In this document: positions 1 to 9,484 of the stretch, piece by piece
Numbering within the stretch: the first letter of the stretch is position 1
How the letters are laid out: every line of letters starts with the position of its first letter
Assembly (NCBI GenBank): GCA_051251855.1
Contig: JBPOGI010000009.1
Coordinates: 1 to 46,428 of the forward strand
Length of the DNA: 46,428 nucleotides
Reading direction: 5' to 3'
Origin: Roseibacillus sp.
Lineage (GTDB): Bacteria; Verrucomicrobiota; Verrucomicrobiia; Verrucomicrobiales; Akkermansiaceae
The notes under the pieces: model-generated
What the model was told of the DNA's origin: nothing
What the model saw: only the letters and a program-made list of their open reading frames with translations
The model's database searches: none
Program-made: the position numbers and the translations under genes

Positions 1-792
1 GGCGGAGGTATCTCCAATTTCGGCACTCTCACCCTCCATCATTCCACCCTCGCTCACAACTCCACCGGCGACGGCGGCGACGGCGACGGCGGCAACGGCG
101 GAGGCATCTTCAATGAAAAAAAACTCACCCTCCACAATTCCACAATCTCTCAGAATTCCGCACGCGACGGCGGCGGCGGCGTCTTCAACGACACGAACGA
201 CACCCTCACCCTCCATAGCTCCCTCATTGCCCAAAACACCGCCACGGGTTTCGGTCCAGACATCAGTCAGCGTGGTAATTATGGCACCAACTCAGGCGTC
301 AACTTCATCGGCGACCCCACCAACGCAGGCACCATCCCCGGCACCCAAGGCACCGACTACCTCACCGGCAACGCCCTCCTCGCCCCCCTCGCCAACTACG
401 GCGGCCCCACCCAGACCATGCGTCCTCTTTTCGGCAGTCCAACCATCGACGCCGGTGGCTCCACCAACCCCGGCGGCACCGACCAACGAGGTTTCAACCG
501 CTTCGTCAACGAAATGCTCGACATCGGTGCTGTCGAATACAATCCAGCGACCGACGAGCCCCCCGTGATCACCGCCTTCACCAAAGCACCCGGCTTCCAT
601 CCCACCACCAACCCAATCTTCAACGTCACCTTCACCACCATCCCCGGCCTCGACTACACCCTCGAACACAACTCCACCCTCCAAGGAACCTTCACCCCCC
701 TCGGCCCCGCCCTAGAAGCCACCGCTCCCACCATGACCCTCCAAGTCCCCCTCGACCCCACCCAAGACTTCCTCCGCGCCCGCCGCGAATAA
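1..792 (+). CDS. 3' part of an exported beta-helix (GGxI-repeat) / choice-of-anchor Q domain protein with a Verrucomicrobia-type C-terminal domain; 5' end lies outside the window
   Basis: Frame 1 is open from base 1 to TAA at 790-792. It has GGGISN/GGGIFN/GGGVFN repeats, then LAPLANYGGPTQTMRPLFGSPTIDAG...DQRG...DIGAVE (choice-of-anchor Q signature), and ends ...DFLRARRE. Confidence 0.85.
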   Translation, partial: GGGISNFGTLTLHHSTLAHNSTGDGGDGDGGNGGGIFNEKKLTLHNSTISQNSARDGGGGVFNDTNDTLTLHSSLIAQNTATGFGPDISQRGNYGTNSGVNFIGDPTNAGTIPGTQGTDYLTGNALLAPLANYGGPTQTMRPLFGSPTIDAGGSTNPGGTDQRGFNRFVNEMLDIGAVEYNPATDEPPVITAFTKAPGFHPTTNPIFNVTFTTIPGLDYTLEHNSTLQGTFTPLGPALEATAPTMTLQVPLDPTQDFLRARRE

Positions 793-989
793 CTCGGGCT
801 CAAACCCTCTCCACCGACTCGCAAACCGATTGAACCAGAGAGGTCAGCCCCCACTTGAGAACGTCATCTCCCGCTGAATGCTAGCAATTGACGCCATCCC
901 GCAAGTCCCAAAAACCCATCATCTTGCAAAATCCTCCATTGCCTTCCCCTGGAGTCCCTGCCTAGCTTCTTTTCCCACGGACACACCGC

Positions 990-1742
990 ATGCGCCCACT
1001 TCTCAACCTGTATCGGAAAGAACTTAAAACCTACTTCTACACCCTCTTTGGATGGGTAGTTCTAGCCTTTGTGGCTCTGATGCAAGGGCTCTCTCTTTCT
1101 ACCGCCATGAAAGGCTTCGCAGACGCTCCCGTGGCGCAGTCCCTCGTCTATGTGACCTACCACACCCCGAACTTCTGGTTCTACTTTCTCTTCATCTTCC
1201 CCCTCATCACGATGCGGCTTTTTGCAGAAGAAGAGCGCTCCGGCACCCTTGAGACCCTCATGACCGCCCCAGTAAAGACCTGGCAGGTGGTTCTCGCGAA
1301 GTATTTTGCGGCTCTCACTTTCTACTTCGTGCTCCTCATTCCGTCCGCGCTGCACTTCATCATTTTCCCTCTCCTCACCGACATCCCCGCGCCCTACTCT
1401 CAAGGCTCCTTCGTTGGCGCACTCATAGTCCTCGCGCTCATGGGGGCCTATTTCACTGCCCTCGGGCTCCTCGGCTCTGCTCTCACCTCCTCTCAAATCG
1501 TGGCCGGCATCATCACCATTGGCCTCCTCGTGCTTCACTACTTCCTCGGCTATGTCCCTATCATTTGGGGTGACAGCTTCCAAGCTGCGGGACTTTTTCG
1601 CTATCTCTCCTCCCAACAGCACCTCTCGGAGTTCACCACTGGCCTCATCGATACGCGCGCCATCGCCTTCTATCTCCTCTCCGCCTCCTTTGTCGTCTTT
1701 CTCACCCACCACTTGGTGGACTTCCGCCGCTGGCGCAACTAA
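990..1742 (+). CDS. ABC-2 type transporter permease, GldF-like
   Basis: About six hydrophobic segments; motifs KELKTYF, PLITMRLFAEEERSGTLETLMTAPV...VVLAKY and GLIDTRAIAFYL. Confidence 0.9.
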   Translation: MRPLLNLYRKELKTYFYTLFGWVVLAFVALMQGLSLSTAMKGFADAPVAQSLVYVTYHTPNFWFYFLFIFPLITMRLFAEEERSGTLETLMTAPVKTWQVVLAKYFAALTFYFVLLIPSALHFIIFPLLTDIPAPYSQGSFVGALIVLALMGAYFTALGLLGSALTSSQIVAGIITIGLLVLHYFLGYVPIIWGDSFQAAGLFRYLSSQQHLSEFTTGLIDTRAIAFYLLSASFVVFLTHHLVDFRRWRN

Positions 1743-1757
1743 CGGAATCGCCTCGCT

Positions 1758-3251
1758 ATGAAACCTATCTCCCGTCTTGGCATCGGTAGCCGCTCTCTTA
1801 TTCAGCTCGTTCTCGCGCTGATCCTCTTTCTCTCTGCGGCCTACCTCTCTGCTAACTACTTCAAGGTCTGGGATTTCACAAAGGATCAGGACTACACCCT
1901 CTCCGACCTTTCCAACAAAATCCTCGCCAAGCCCTCTCTCTCCGAGCGCGAAGATCCCGTCCGTATCACTGTCGCTTTTCGTAAAAACTCCCCCTATTAC
2001 CAGCGGGTAAAGCGGTCCGTAGAGGAATTCGTCCGTGAGTCCAATGGTAATATTAAAGCCCAATTCCTCGATCCCATACGGGAACCCGACGCCGCTTCCC
2101 GGTTCGCCAGCACCTACAGTGTCACCCTCAACTCAGACCTCATTCTCATCGATGCCCGATCCAAAGGGGCCGCGCAACCCGACCCCAATCTCACTCGTTC
2201 GCTCTGGATTGACGACCTCATCATCTTCCGCACCGACCAAAACAATCAGCGCCGCCCCGTCGGCTTTCAGATCGAGGATCGCCTCGCCACCGCCCTGCTC
2301 TCCATCGCAGAAGGCGCGCCCCGCAAGCTCTACTTCCTCGCCGACAAGTCGCCCGTTGAATCCGGCAGCACTGAGTCCCCTTGGCTCATGTTGGCCGACA
2401 CTCTCTTGCGTCAGAACCTGATCCTAGAACCCATGAATCTCTCGGATACCCAGTCCATCCCCGCCGATGCCGAAGGGGTTGTTCTCGTCGCCCCCAGCTA
2501 CGATCTGGAAGACCGCGAACTTGCCATTCTAGACGAATATTGGGAGCGGCCCAGTTCCTCGATTCTCGCCATTCTCGACCCTAAGCATCGCCCAGCGAAG
2601 CTCCGCGCCTTTCTTCGCCGTCACGGTGTCACCCCTAATAACGATCGTATCGTGAGCGTGCAAAACGGACGCAGCATCAATCAAGTGCCAGCTATTTTCA
2701 CGGAGTTTGCAGACGTCAATGAAGGCCTGGCTGGTCAGTCCACCACCTTCGAGGGACCCACCTGCTCTCTTTCGGTTCGTGAAAGTGCCGAGGACCTCAA
2801 TTCGCAAAAGATCTTTCCCCTCAACCTTCTCCTCGCCAGCCCCGGCTTTTGGGGAGAGACTCGCTTTCAAGAGGTTGGCGTCTTGCCTAAATTCGACTCC
2901 TCTGAAGACCTCTCAAATAAAGAAGGCCTTCCCGTCGCCGCCGCTGTCATTGTCGGTGACGCCACTTCTGACGAATCCGCTTCCGCCGCCAGCCGCATGG
3001 TTGTCATTGCCAATAGCCACTTCCTTCACCCCGACCGCGTGCGAGAGGAGCAAATCGACTTCGTCAAAAACTCGGTTAACTGGCTCATTGGTCGCGAACA
3101 ATTGGTCGGCGTAGGGCCCCGCGGCTTGCGCACCTACAAACTGAACCTCATAGGTACCGAAGTTCGCTTCCTCAACAACCTCATTCTCTTTTTCTTGCCA
3201 GCAGCCCTTCTGCTATGGGGAGCGCTTGTTTGGAGTAATCGCCGGGCGTAA
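1758..3251 (+). CDS. GldG-like ABC transporter auxiliary component
   Basis: N-terminal TM, WDFTKDQDYTLS, a periplasmic domain with IPADAEGVVLVAPSYDL and RMVVIANSHF...FVKNSVNWL, and a C-terminal TM ending WSNRRA; follows the GldF-like gene. Confidence 0.88.
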   Translation: MKPISRLGIGSRSLIQLVLALILFLSAAYLSANYFKVWDFTKDQDYTLSDLSNKILAKPSLSEREDPVRITVAFRKNSPYYQRVKRSVEEFVRESNGNIKAQFLDPIREPDAASRFASTYSVTLNSDLILIDARSKGAAQPDPNLTRSLWIDDLIIFRTDQNNQRRPVGFQIEDRLATALLSIAEGAPRKLYFLADKSPVESGSTESPWLMLADTLLRQNLILEPMNLSDTQSIPADAEGVVLVAPSYDLEDRELAILDEYWERPSSSILAILDPKHRPAKLRAFLRRHGVTPNNDRIVSVQNGRSINQVPAIFTEFADVNEGLAGQSTTFEGPTCSLSVRESAEDLNSQKIFPLNLLLASPGFWGETRFQEVGVLPKFDSSEDLSNKEGLPVAAAVIVGDATSDESASAASRMVVIANSHFLHPDRVREEQIDFVKNSVNWLIGREQLVGVGPRGLRTYKLNLIGTEVRFLNNLILFFLPAALLLWGALVWSNRRA

Positions 3252-3918
3252 ATTGCTCCCATCGCTGCCAGTTCCAAACCCAGGACGGCTTAACCTCCTT
3301 CTTGTAATCGTAGGGCGACGGCTCCACGCAAGCATAGCCGAGATAGTAAAAGTCCATCCCTATCTCGCGCGCATATTGCATCTCTAACAACATCGTTAGA
3401 ATTCCCAACCGACGAGAGCTCAACTCGGGCTCGAAAACTCCATAGATGCTTGAGCACGCGCGTAACCCCAAGTCCAAAAAGCTCGCGGCCACCAAACGGT
3501 CCCCATCCCTCACCGTCAGCTGCAAACAAGGGGTGGGCACTCCATTAGGCTCGTCACCTAGAAAGTCCGAGAGCGACTCCGGCACATTATCGCGAAACCG
3601 CTTCTTGTGCCGCTGAAAGAGAGCCTCCTCAGCCTCACCTGGTTGCGCGGGTGCGAACTCGAACTGGAGATCCTGATTTTTTCGAAGAGTCCGACGCTGA
3701 CTCTTTGATGGCATCCACTCTTGCAAAGGCACCCTCAGATTGAGAACCCTCTTCCAAGACTCTTCTTGCCACATCAGGCTATACCTAAAAAAACGCGGCC
3801 CAAAATGCCTCCATCCCTCAGCCCACAACTCATCCATTCGTCCTCGAGAAACCGACTCAGCCTCCCCGATTTCATTAATCAGCGGCCAAAACGCTTCCCT
3901 GTCTTCGTTGGCTGCCAT
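3181..3918 (-). CDS. ate: Bacterial arginyl-tRNA-protein transferase family (Ate/Bpt, N-degron pathway)
   Basis: LWAEGWRHFG, PSKSQRRTLRKNQDL, SSIYGVFEPELSSRRLG and YYLGY...YDYK motifs. Confidence 0.85.
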   Translation of the reverse strand: MAANEDREAFWPLINEIGEAESVSRGRMDELWAEGWRHFGPRFFRYSLMWQEESWKRVLNLRVPLQEWMPSKSQRRTLRKNQDLQFEFAPAQPGEAEEALFQRHKKRFRDNVPESLSDFLGDEPNGVPTPCLQLTVRDGDRLVAASFLDLGLRACSSIYGVFEPELSSRRLGILTMLLEMQYAREIGMDFYYLGYACVEPSPYDYKKEVKPSWVWNWQRWEQFTPGDYSKQALPIAEGLLARKRE

Positions 3919-3970
3919 CTCGTGGAAAAGAGTCTGCCCTTAGACTCGACTCGAAAAGGAGAAAAGAGGA

Positions 3971-4005
3971 GAAAAGAAAAAAGCCGCTGGATTTCTCCAG
4001 CGGCT
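3971..4005 (-). terminator. Intrinsic terminator
   Basis: Minus strand reads AGCCGCTGGA-GAAA-TCCAGCGGCT (10-bp stem) followed by TTTTTCTTTTC. Confidence 0.8.
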
Positions 4006-4075
4006 CAAACATTTTTCCGAATAACTGAAAGCTGAACCAAGTTCGCGAAGGTTACCGCCTTCGCGAGGTCGCTTT
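3971..4075 (-). ncRNA. Candidate ~100-nt small RNA or attenuating leader
   Basis: A 9-bp perfect hairpin (4043-4066), an A/U-rich linker and a terminator, with no ORF ending just upstream on this strand. Confidence 0.4.
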
Positions 4076-4528
4076 ATGTAAGAATGAAAGCACCGTCTCC
4101 GGACCTCGACAAACATTCCCTATGTCCTTATTGTCATCCAATAATCAGGAAAATTTAAAGGTTTAGAAGACTTCGCAAGTTTAGAGCCCACAACTATCAT
4201 TGCTTCTCTACTAATAACTCATTTCAACCAACGAAAACCCCTGATTATAAGGGGTTAAAATGTCCCCCCCGATGAAAATCGCCTCCAAAAATGAATTATC
4301 AGTTTCCTAACCCCTACCACTATTCAAGATTTCATGATTATTGAAGAGACTCGGTCATTCAGGGCATTCTGATTATCGAAAACATTTGAGCGATGTGTTG
4401 TTTTGGACAGAAATGAAGCCTTTCGTCAGATTTACCCTTACCACTCGAGCCGATTCCCACTCCCTCTTTCAGTTCGAGACAGCCTTTCCCATTTGCTTCC
4501 TCCCGATCACACGTCATCTTTTTGAACC

Positions 4529-5311
4529 TTGGCGACACGACTGACATTTCTTGGCACCAGCACCTCCGTGGGAGTTCCGGTCATCGGTTGCACTTGCAAA
4601 GTCTGCACTTCCACCGATCCAAGGAACACGCGAACCCGCTCCTCCATTTTCCTCCAAACAGACGAGGTCAAAATTCTCGTAGACACCGGTCCGGACCTCC
4701 GCGAACAGGCCCTCCGAGAGGGGCTCACCGAAGTCGATCACGTCCTCTACACCCACGATCACGTCGATCACATCGTCGGCTTCGACGAGATTCGGGCCTT
4801 TTGTTGGCACCGCGAAGACCCCATTCCCATTCACGGCTCGGCCCATACTCTAGACACCTTAGAGCGGATGTTTCCGTGGGCCTTTGGCAATACCGCCCGC
4901 AACTATGTGCGCCCTGATTCCCGTCCATTCGAGGATCTATCCGAACTCACCCTCGGCAACGTCAAGGTCCTCCCCCTCCCCGTTCAACACGGCATTTCCC
5001 CCACCCATGGCTTCCTTTTCACTCTGCCAACGGCAGAACGAATCGCCTACATTCCCGACGTCAAAGTCATTCCCCCAGAGTCTCTCCAACATCTTATGGA
5101 ACTCGACCTCCTCATTATCGATGCTTTGCGACATGAACCCCACCCCTCCCACATGTCATTGGAGGAAGCGCTCGCGACCGCCTCCCAACTCTCACCCAAA
5201 CGCACCGCCTTCACCCATCTCACCCATGATCTGGACTTCATAGAAACGACTAGTAAGCTCCCAGCCAACACCTTCGTCGCCACCGACGGACTCACGATAG
5301 ACTTTCCCTAA
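4529..5311 (+). CDS. MBL-fold metallo-hydrolase, PhnP/YycJ-like phosphodiesterase
   Basis: FLGTSTSVGVPVIGCTCKVC, DTGPDLREQ, THDHVDH (HxHxDH), HPSH and THLTH. Confidence 0.92.
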   Translation: MATRLTFLGTSTSVGVPVIGCTCKVCTSTDPRNTRTRSSIFLQTDEVKILVDTGPDLREQALREGLTEVDHVLYTHDHVDHIVGFDEIRAFCWHREDPIPIHGSAHTLDTLERMFPWAFGNTARNYVRPDSRPFEDLSELTLGNVKVLPLPVQHGISPTHGFLFTLPTAERIAYIPDVKVIPPESLQHLMELDLLIIDALRHEPHPSHMSLEEALATASQLSPKRTAFTHLTHDLDFIETTSKLPANTFVATDGLTIDFP

Positions 5312-6900
5312 TGACTTCGCCCCTTCCCACTTTTGTCCACTGGATTCTCGCGACCCTCCTCGCCACCTTCCCTATTGCCGCGGCTCCGCCCGCACCTATC
5401 GAACCCGACCAAGTAGCGATCGTCTACCGCATGGAGAGCAAGGAGTCCCAGGAACTCGCCGTCAACTATGCGCGCGCCCGAGGGATTCCTTCCGGCAACC
5501 TAATCGCCCTCAACCTCCCCGACACCGGAACTATTACCCGCTCAGTCTACGACTCACGAATTCGCAAACCTCTCGTCAATCACTTTGACCGCGAAATCTG
5601 GTGGAATCGAAGTGAGGACGCCCAAGGAACCCAAGTCCCCACTCGAAACAAGATTCGCGTTCTACTTCTCATGAAGGGCGTCCCCTATCGTATTCAACGG
5701 AACCCGCTACCCAAAGATGAAAACGGGAAGAGTGTTTCTCCCGATCAGGGCAAACAAGACGAGTCCTCGGTCGACTCCGAATTGGTTTACTTGGGGCTTT
5801 CCAAATATGAGATCGCAGGACCTCTCAATAATCTCTACTACAAAAAGGAAACAGGCATCAACGACCCCTCGCTCACGCCTCTTCTCTTTACCTGTCGCAT
5901 CGACGGGCCTTCTTACGAAATTTGCCAACGCATCATCGACGACTCCATCGCCGTCGAGGAGACCGGCCTCTGGGGCATGTGTTATCTCGACCTTGCGTTT
6001 AAGGGAAAAAACTACGAACTCGGCGATGAGTGGATCCGTAGTATTGCTCGCCTCAATCGCAAGGCCGGCATCCCTACCGTCGTCGAGGAATTCCGAGACA
6101 CCTACCCCACAAACTACCCTATGACCGAGGCCGCCCTCTACTACGGATGGTATTCCCACAACGTCAGCGGCCCTCTCCTCAACCCGCGCTTTCAATTCAA
6201 AAAAGGTGCCGTCGCCGTTCACTTGCATTCATTCTCCGCCGCCGACATGCACAACCCCAAAACGAAATGGGTTGGCCCCATCCTCAACAAAGGCGCCGCA
6301 GCCACCGTAGGGAACGTCTGGGAGCCCTATCTCACCGCAACTCACAACTTCGATGTGCTCCAAGAGCGCCTCCTCCAAGGCTACTCTCTTGTGGAAGCTG
6401 CGCACATGGCCATCCCTTGTCACTCATGGCAATCATTGGTCATTGGAGACCCCCTCTACCGCCCCTTTCTCGTCCAAAATCAAAGACCTGTTGCCTCCGA
6501 AGACGACAAAGACTTTCGCGCCCTCAGACTCGCAATCGAAAAGTGGGGAACCGAACCTGACACTCTCACCGTCAAGCTTCGCAGTGCCGCCGCCCGCATG
6601 GGTTCTGGCCTTCTCTACGAAGCAATGGGACTTCGCCTATTAGAAGAAAACAAAATCGAGGAGGCAAAAGCCTTTTTCCAATCTGCCGCCAAAAGCTATC
6701 CCGGAGCTCCGGACAAACTGCGTCAAACCCTTCACCTCATCGCCCTACATCGACGCTTCGGCGAGAGGGAAGCAGCCCTCCAAACCATCGCCGAAGCGCA
6801 ACAACGATTCGGCGATATCCCCGAGGCCAAAGCTCTCATTGGCCTCAAAAACATCATCCAACCACCCGCCCCGCCCGCCGCAACCAGCAAGGCGCAATAG
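5311..6900 (+). CDS. TIGR03790 family exported protein
   Basis: Signal peptide; YARARGIP, SSVDSEL, RIDGP, YYGWY, GAVAVHLHSFSA, GAAATVGNVWEPYL and SWQSLVIGDPLYRPF; TPR-like C-terminus. Confidence 0.88.
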   Translation: MTSPLPTFVHWILATLLATFPIAAAPPAPIEPDQVAIVYRMESKESQELAVNYARARGIPSGNLIALNLPDTGTITRSVYDSRIRKPLVNHFDREIWWNRSEDAQGTQVPTRNKIRVLLLMKGVPYRIQRNPLPKDENGKSVSPDQGKQDESSVDSELVYLGLSKYEIAGPLNNLYYKKETGINDPSLTPLLFTCRIDGPSYEICQRIIDDSIAVEETGLWGMCYLDLAFKGKNYELGDEWIRSIARLNRKAGIPTVVEEFRDTYPTNYPMTEAALYYGWYSHNVSGPLLNPRFQFKKGAVAVHLHSFSAADMHNPKTKWVGPILNKGAAATVGNVWEPYLTATHNFDVLQERLLQGYSLVEAAHMAIPCHSWQSLVIGDPLYRPFLVQNQRPVASEDDKDFRALRLAIEKWGTEPDTLTVKLRSAAARMGSGLLYEAMGLRLLEENKIEEAKAFFQSAAKSYPGAPDKLRQTLHLIALHRRFGEREAALQTIAEAQQRFGDIPEAKALIGLKNIIQPPAPPAATSKAQ

Positions 6901-7048
6901 CAGATCCTCAGCCGTCTACTCCAAACAATGTTTCCTCTGCGCCTTTCTAACAGGTATCCGCCAGACAAAACCGCCTTCTCGAACCTCAGGACCTCTACCT
7001 TGTCAAATTTCCGGTTCCAAACCGTTCAAATCAAAACTATCTTCCTTC

Positions 7049-7861
7049 GTGCCGACACCCGAACAACGCGCCCAGCTCAAGTCCATCATCAAGGGGCTCG
7101 ACCGAGTCCTCGTCGCCTACTCTGGCGGTATTGACTCCACCCTTATTCTCAAGCTCGCCCACGACTACCTCGGCGACAACGCCGCCGCCGCCATCGCCGT
7201 CTCTCCTTCCCTTGCCAAGCACGACCTCGCCGACGCCCGCCAAGTCGCCGACGAAATCGGCTGCCAACTCATCGAGCTTTCCTCCACCGAGACCGAGGAC
7301 CCGCGCTACCAAGTCAACAACCCCGATCGTTGCTACTTCTGCAAAACCAACGTCTACGACACCCTCATCGCCCACGCCGGCGCCGAAGGCTATCGCTGGA
7401 TTCTCGACGGCACCAATGCCGACGACCTCGGTGACCACCGCCCCGGCCTCCGCGCCGCCCGCGAACACGGCGTCCGCTCCCCCCTGCAAGAAGCCAAAAT
7501 CGACAAAGCCACCATCCGCGCCTACGCGCAAGAACTCGGCCTCACCAACTGGGACAAACCCGCCAACGCCTGCCTCTCCTCGCGGATTCCCTACGGTTCC
7601 GAAGTCACCCCCGCGAAACTCGGCCAAGTCGAGCAAGCCGAACTCATCCTCAAGACCCTCGGCTTCATTGGCCACCGTGTTCGCCACCACGACACCATCG
7701 CGCGGTTAGAAATTCGCCCCGAACAATTTCAAAAAGCCTTCGACCAACATCAAGCTATCGTCGAAGCCCTCAAGCCCATCGGCTTCCTTTACATCACCCT
7801 CGACCTCGGCGGCTACATCTCCGGTTCCCTCAATAAAACTCTGACCTCAAGCGAAAGGTGA
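7049..7861 (+). CDS. larE: ATP-dependent sacrificial sulfur transferase LarE (PP-loop)
   Basis: VAYSGGIDS, RCYFCK, DGTNADDLGDHRPG, WDKPANACLSSRIPYG and GSLN. The in-frame GTG at 7049 is the likely start, not the 6839 start in the ORF track. Confidence 0.92.
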   Translation: MPTPEQRAQLKSIIKGLDRVLVAYSGGIDSTLILKLAHDYLGDNAAAAIAVSPSLAKHDLADARQVADEIGCQLIELSSTETEDPRYQVNNPDRCYFCKTNVYDTLIAHAGAEGYRWILDGTNADDLGDHRPGLRAAREHGVRSPLQEAKIDKATIRAYAQELGLTNWDKPANACLSSRIPYGSEVTPAKLGQVEQAELILKTLGFIGHRVRHHDTIARLEIRPEQFQKAFDQHQAIVEALKPIGFLYITLDLGGYISGSLNKTLTSSER

Positions 7862-8985
7862 GCTCACCAACACTCCCCCCAGCACTACCTCCACTGCAGC
7901 GTCGTCACGACGTCGATTGGTTGCGGACAGTGGCCCTCCTTCTCCTGATCTTTTACCATATTGCGATCAGCTTCCAGCCTTGGGCGCATCTCATCCACAT
8001 GCCTCAAAATAAGGACTCCCTCCCTTGGTTGTGGCCTCCCATGTCAGCGCTCAACATTTGGCGAATTCCCCTTCTTTTTTTAGTTTCCGGGATGGGCGTC
8101 CGATTTGCTTTGGAGCGCCGCAACGGCAAACAACTTCTGCAAGAACGGGCTCGCCGTATTCTTGTTCCGCTCACGTTTGGCTTCTTCTTTGTTTGCCCGA
8201 TCTGCGCCTTTTTTACCCTCCTCTACTACAAGCAACCTCTCGCCTACTACCCCAACACCGCCCACCTCTGGTTCTTGGTCAATCTGATCGTCTACACCGT
8301 GGTGTCCCTCCCTCTTCTTCTTTTTCTCAAGAACCACTCTGAAACAGGCCTCCTTCGATTCATCAGAAAAATTGTTGCGACTCCTTGGTCACTGCCTCTG
8401 CTGGGGCTGCCCTTCATTATCGAGTCTGTTCTTCTTCGCCCCCTCTATTTTTCCAGCTTCGTGAATAGCTGGCACGGCTTCTGGTATGGCTGGATTGCCT
8501 TCCTCACCGGATTTCTCATGACCATCTCCGGAGGCGATTTCCGGAAAAATTCGGAACGCGGCCGCCACGGATTCATCGTGATAGCCTTCCTCTTTTTTCT
8601 CTACCGCACTCTCGCCCCTGCACCGGACCCAAGTCGCGCAGCCCTCCTCGCTCTCGAGAGCTTCTTCTGGATCCTCGCTGTTCAAGGATACGCTTCCCGC
8701 CACTTTGACAAACCATCACGCTTCCTCACTTTTCTAAGTCCGCGAGTCTTCCCTCTCTACATTCTCCACCTCCCCGTTCAATACGGATTCTCTCTCTTGA
8801 TTTTACCGCTGAACACTTCAGCCACTTTAAAGTTCGTTACCCTCATCACTTTAACCCTAGGCACCTCATTGCTACTCACGCTGCTACTTGAGCGAGTCTC
8901 ATTTCTCCGCCCTCTATTCGGAATGACCTCTCATCCTAAAAGCCCAGAGCAAAAGAACCCTCTTGAACGAACAAAAGAAGCTTGA
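7858..8985 (+). CDS. Acyltransferase family 3 membrane protein (OpgC/MdoC-like)
   Basis: RRHDVDWLR...IFYH, WRIPLLFLVSG, ERARRILVP, HLWFL and PLYILH; multi-TM; GTGA overlap with larE. Confidence 0.88.
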   Translation: MSSPTLPPALPPLQRRHDVDWLRTVALLLLIFYHIAISFQPWAHLIHMPQNKDSLPWLWPPMSALNIWRIPLLFLVSGMGVRFALERRNGKQLLQERARRILVPLTFGFFFVCPICAFFTLLYYKQPLAYYPNTAHLWFLVNLIVYTVVSLPLLLFLKNHSETGLLRFIRKIVATPWSLPLLGLPFIIESVLLRPLYFSSFVNSWHGFWYGWIAFLTGFLMTISGGDFRKNSERGRHGFIVIAFLFFLYRTLAPAPDPSRAALLALESFFWILAVQGYASRHFDKPSRFLTFLSPRVFPLYILHLPVQYGFSLLILPLNTSATLKFVTLITLTLGTSLLLTLLLERVSFLRPLFGMTSHPKSPEQKNPLERTKEA

Positions 8986-9015
8986 GCTAAACAGCCAAAA
9001 GAACAAATAAAGGAG

Positions 9016-9288
9016 ATGAACATTGGCCAAAAAGTCGTCTGCGTAGACGATCAAAACTTCCTCGCTCCCCAACTCATGGAAGAATTCCCCAAGAAAGGCG
9101 TCGTCTACACCGTGCGCGGCTCCTTCCCCGCCATCGACAAATACGGACACACCGAAAACCTTCTCCTCGAAGAACTCAGCAATCCCATTGCCAAGAACGG
9201 TCTCGAACACGGCTTCAATCAAAAACGGTTCCGCGAGTTACAAACCGAAGAAATTAAACTTTCGAAGAAAGAAGAAGCGACGCTTTAA
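9016..9288 (+). CDS. Small hypothetical protein (90 aa)
   Basis: Host-like codon usage; the MNIGQKVVCVDD...PKKGVVYTVR start suggests a small beta-barrel; no function assignable. Confidence 0.75.
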   Translation: MNIGQKVVCVDDQNFLAPQLMEEFPKKGVVYTVRGSFPAIDKYGHTENLLLEELSNPIAKNGLEHGFNQKRFRELQTEEIKLSKKEEATL

Positions 9289-9484
9289 CTCCTCCACCAA
9301 GTCGCCTTGGTCACAAAGCGGGCTAATTCGAGTCCCCATACACCAGGGACAACTTTAAATTCGACGTCTTGTTCTATCCAAAGAAGATGTAATCTTTTAG
9401 ACTTAAATTGGAGCAGAGCGACTGCACGAGAATTTTCCACTAAAGCCAGAATTAGGCTACAGTTCCTATCCCTGATGGGCCGGA

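Noticed and set aside
67..180. GGC GAC/GGC GGC short tandem repeats
   Set aside because: These are Gly-rich coding repeats of the beta-helix protein, not an independent repeat element.
6839..7048. N-terminal extensions in the ORF track for larE (also purA from 25457, uppS from 26644 and PEP-CTERM from 32305)
   Set aside because: Family homology or the signal peptide begins at downstream in-frame starts; the extensions overlap neighbouring genes or intergenic DNA.
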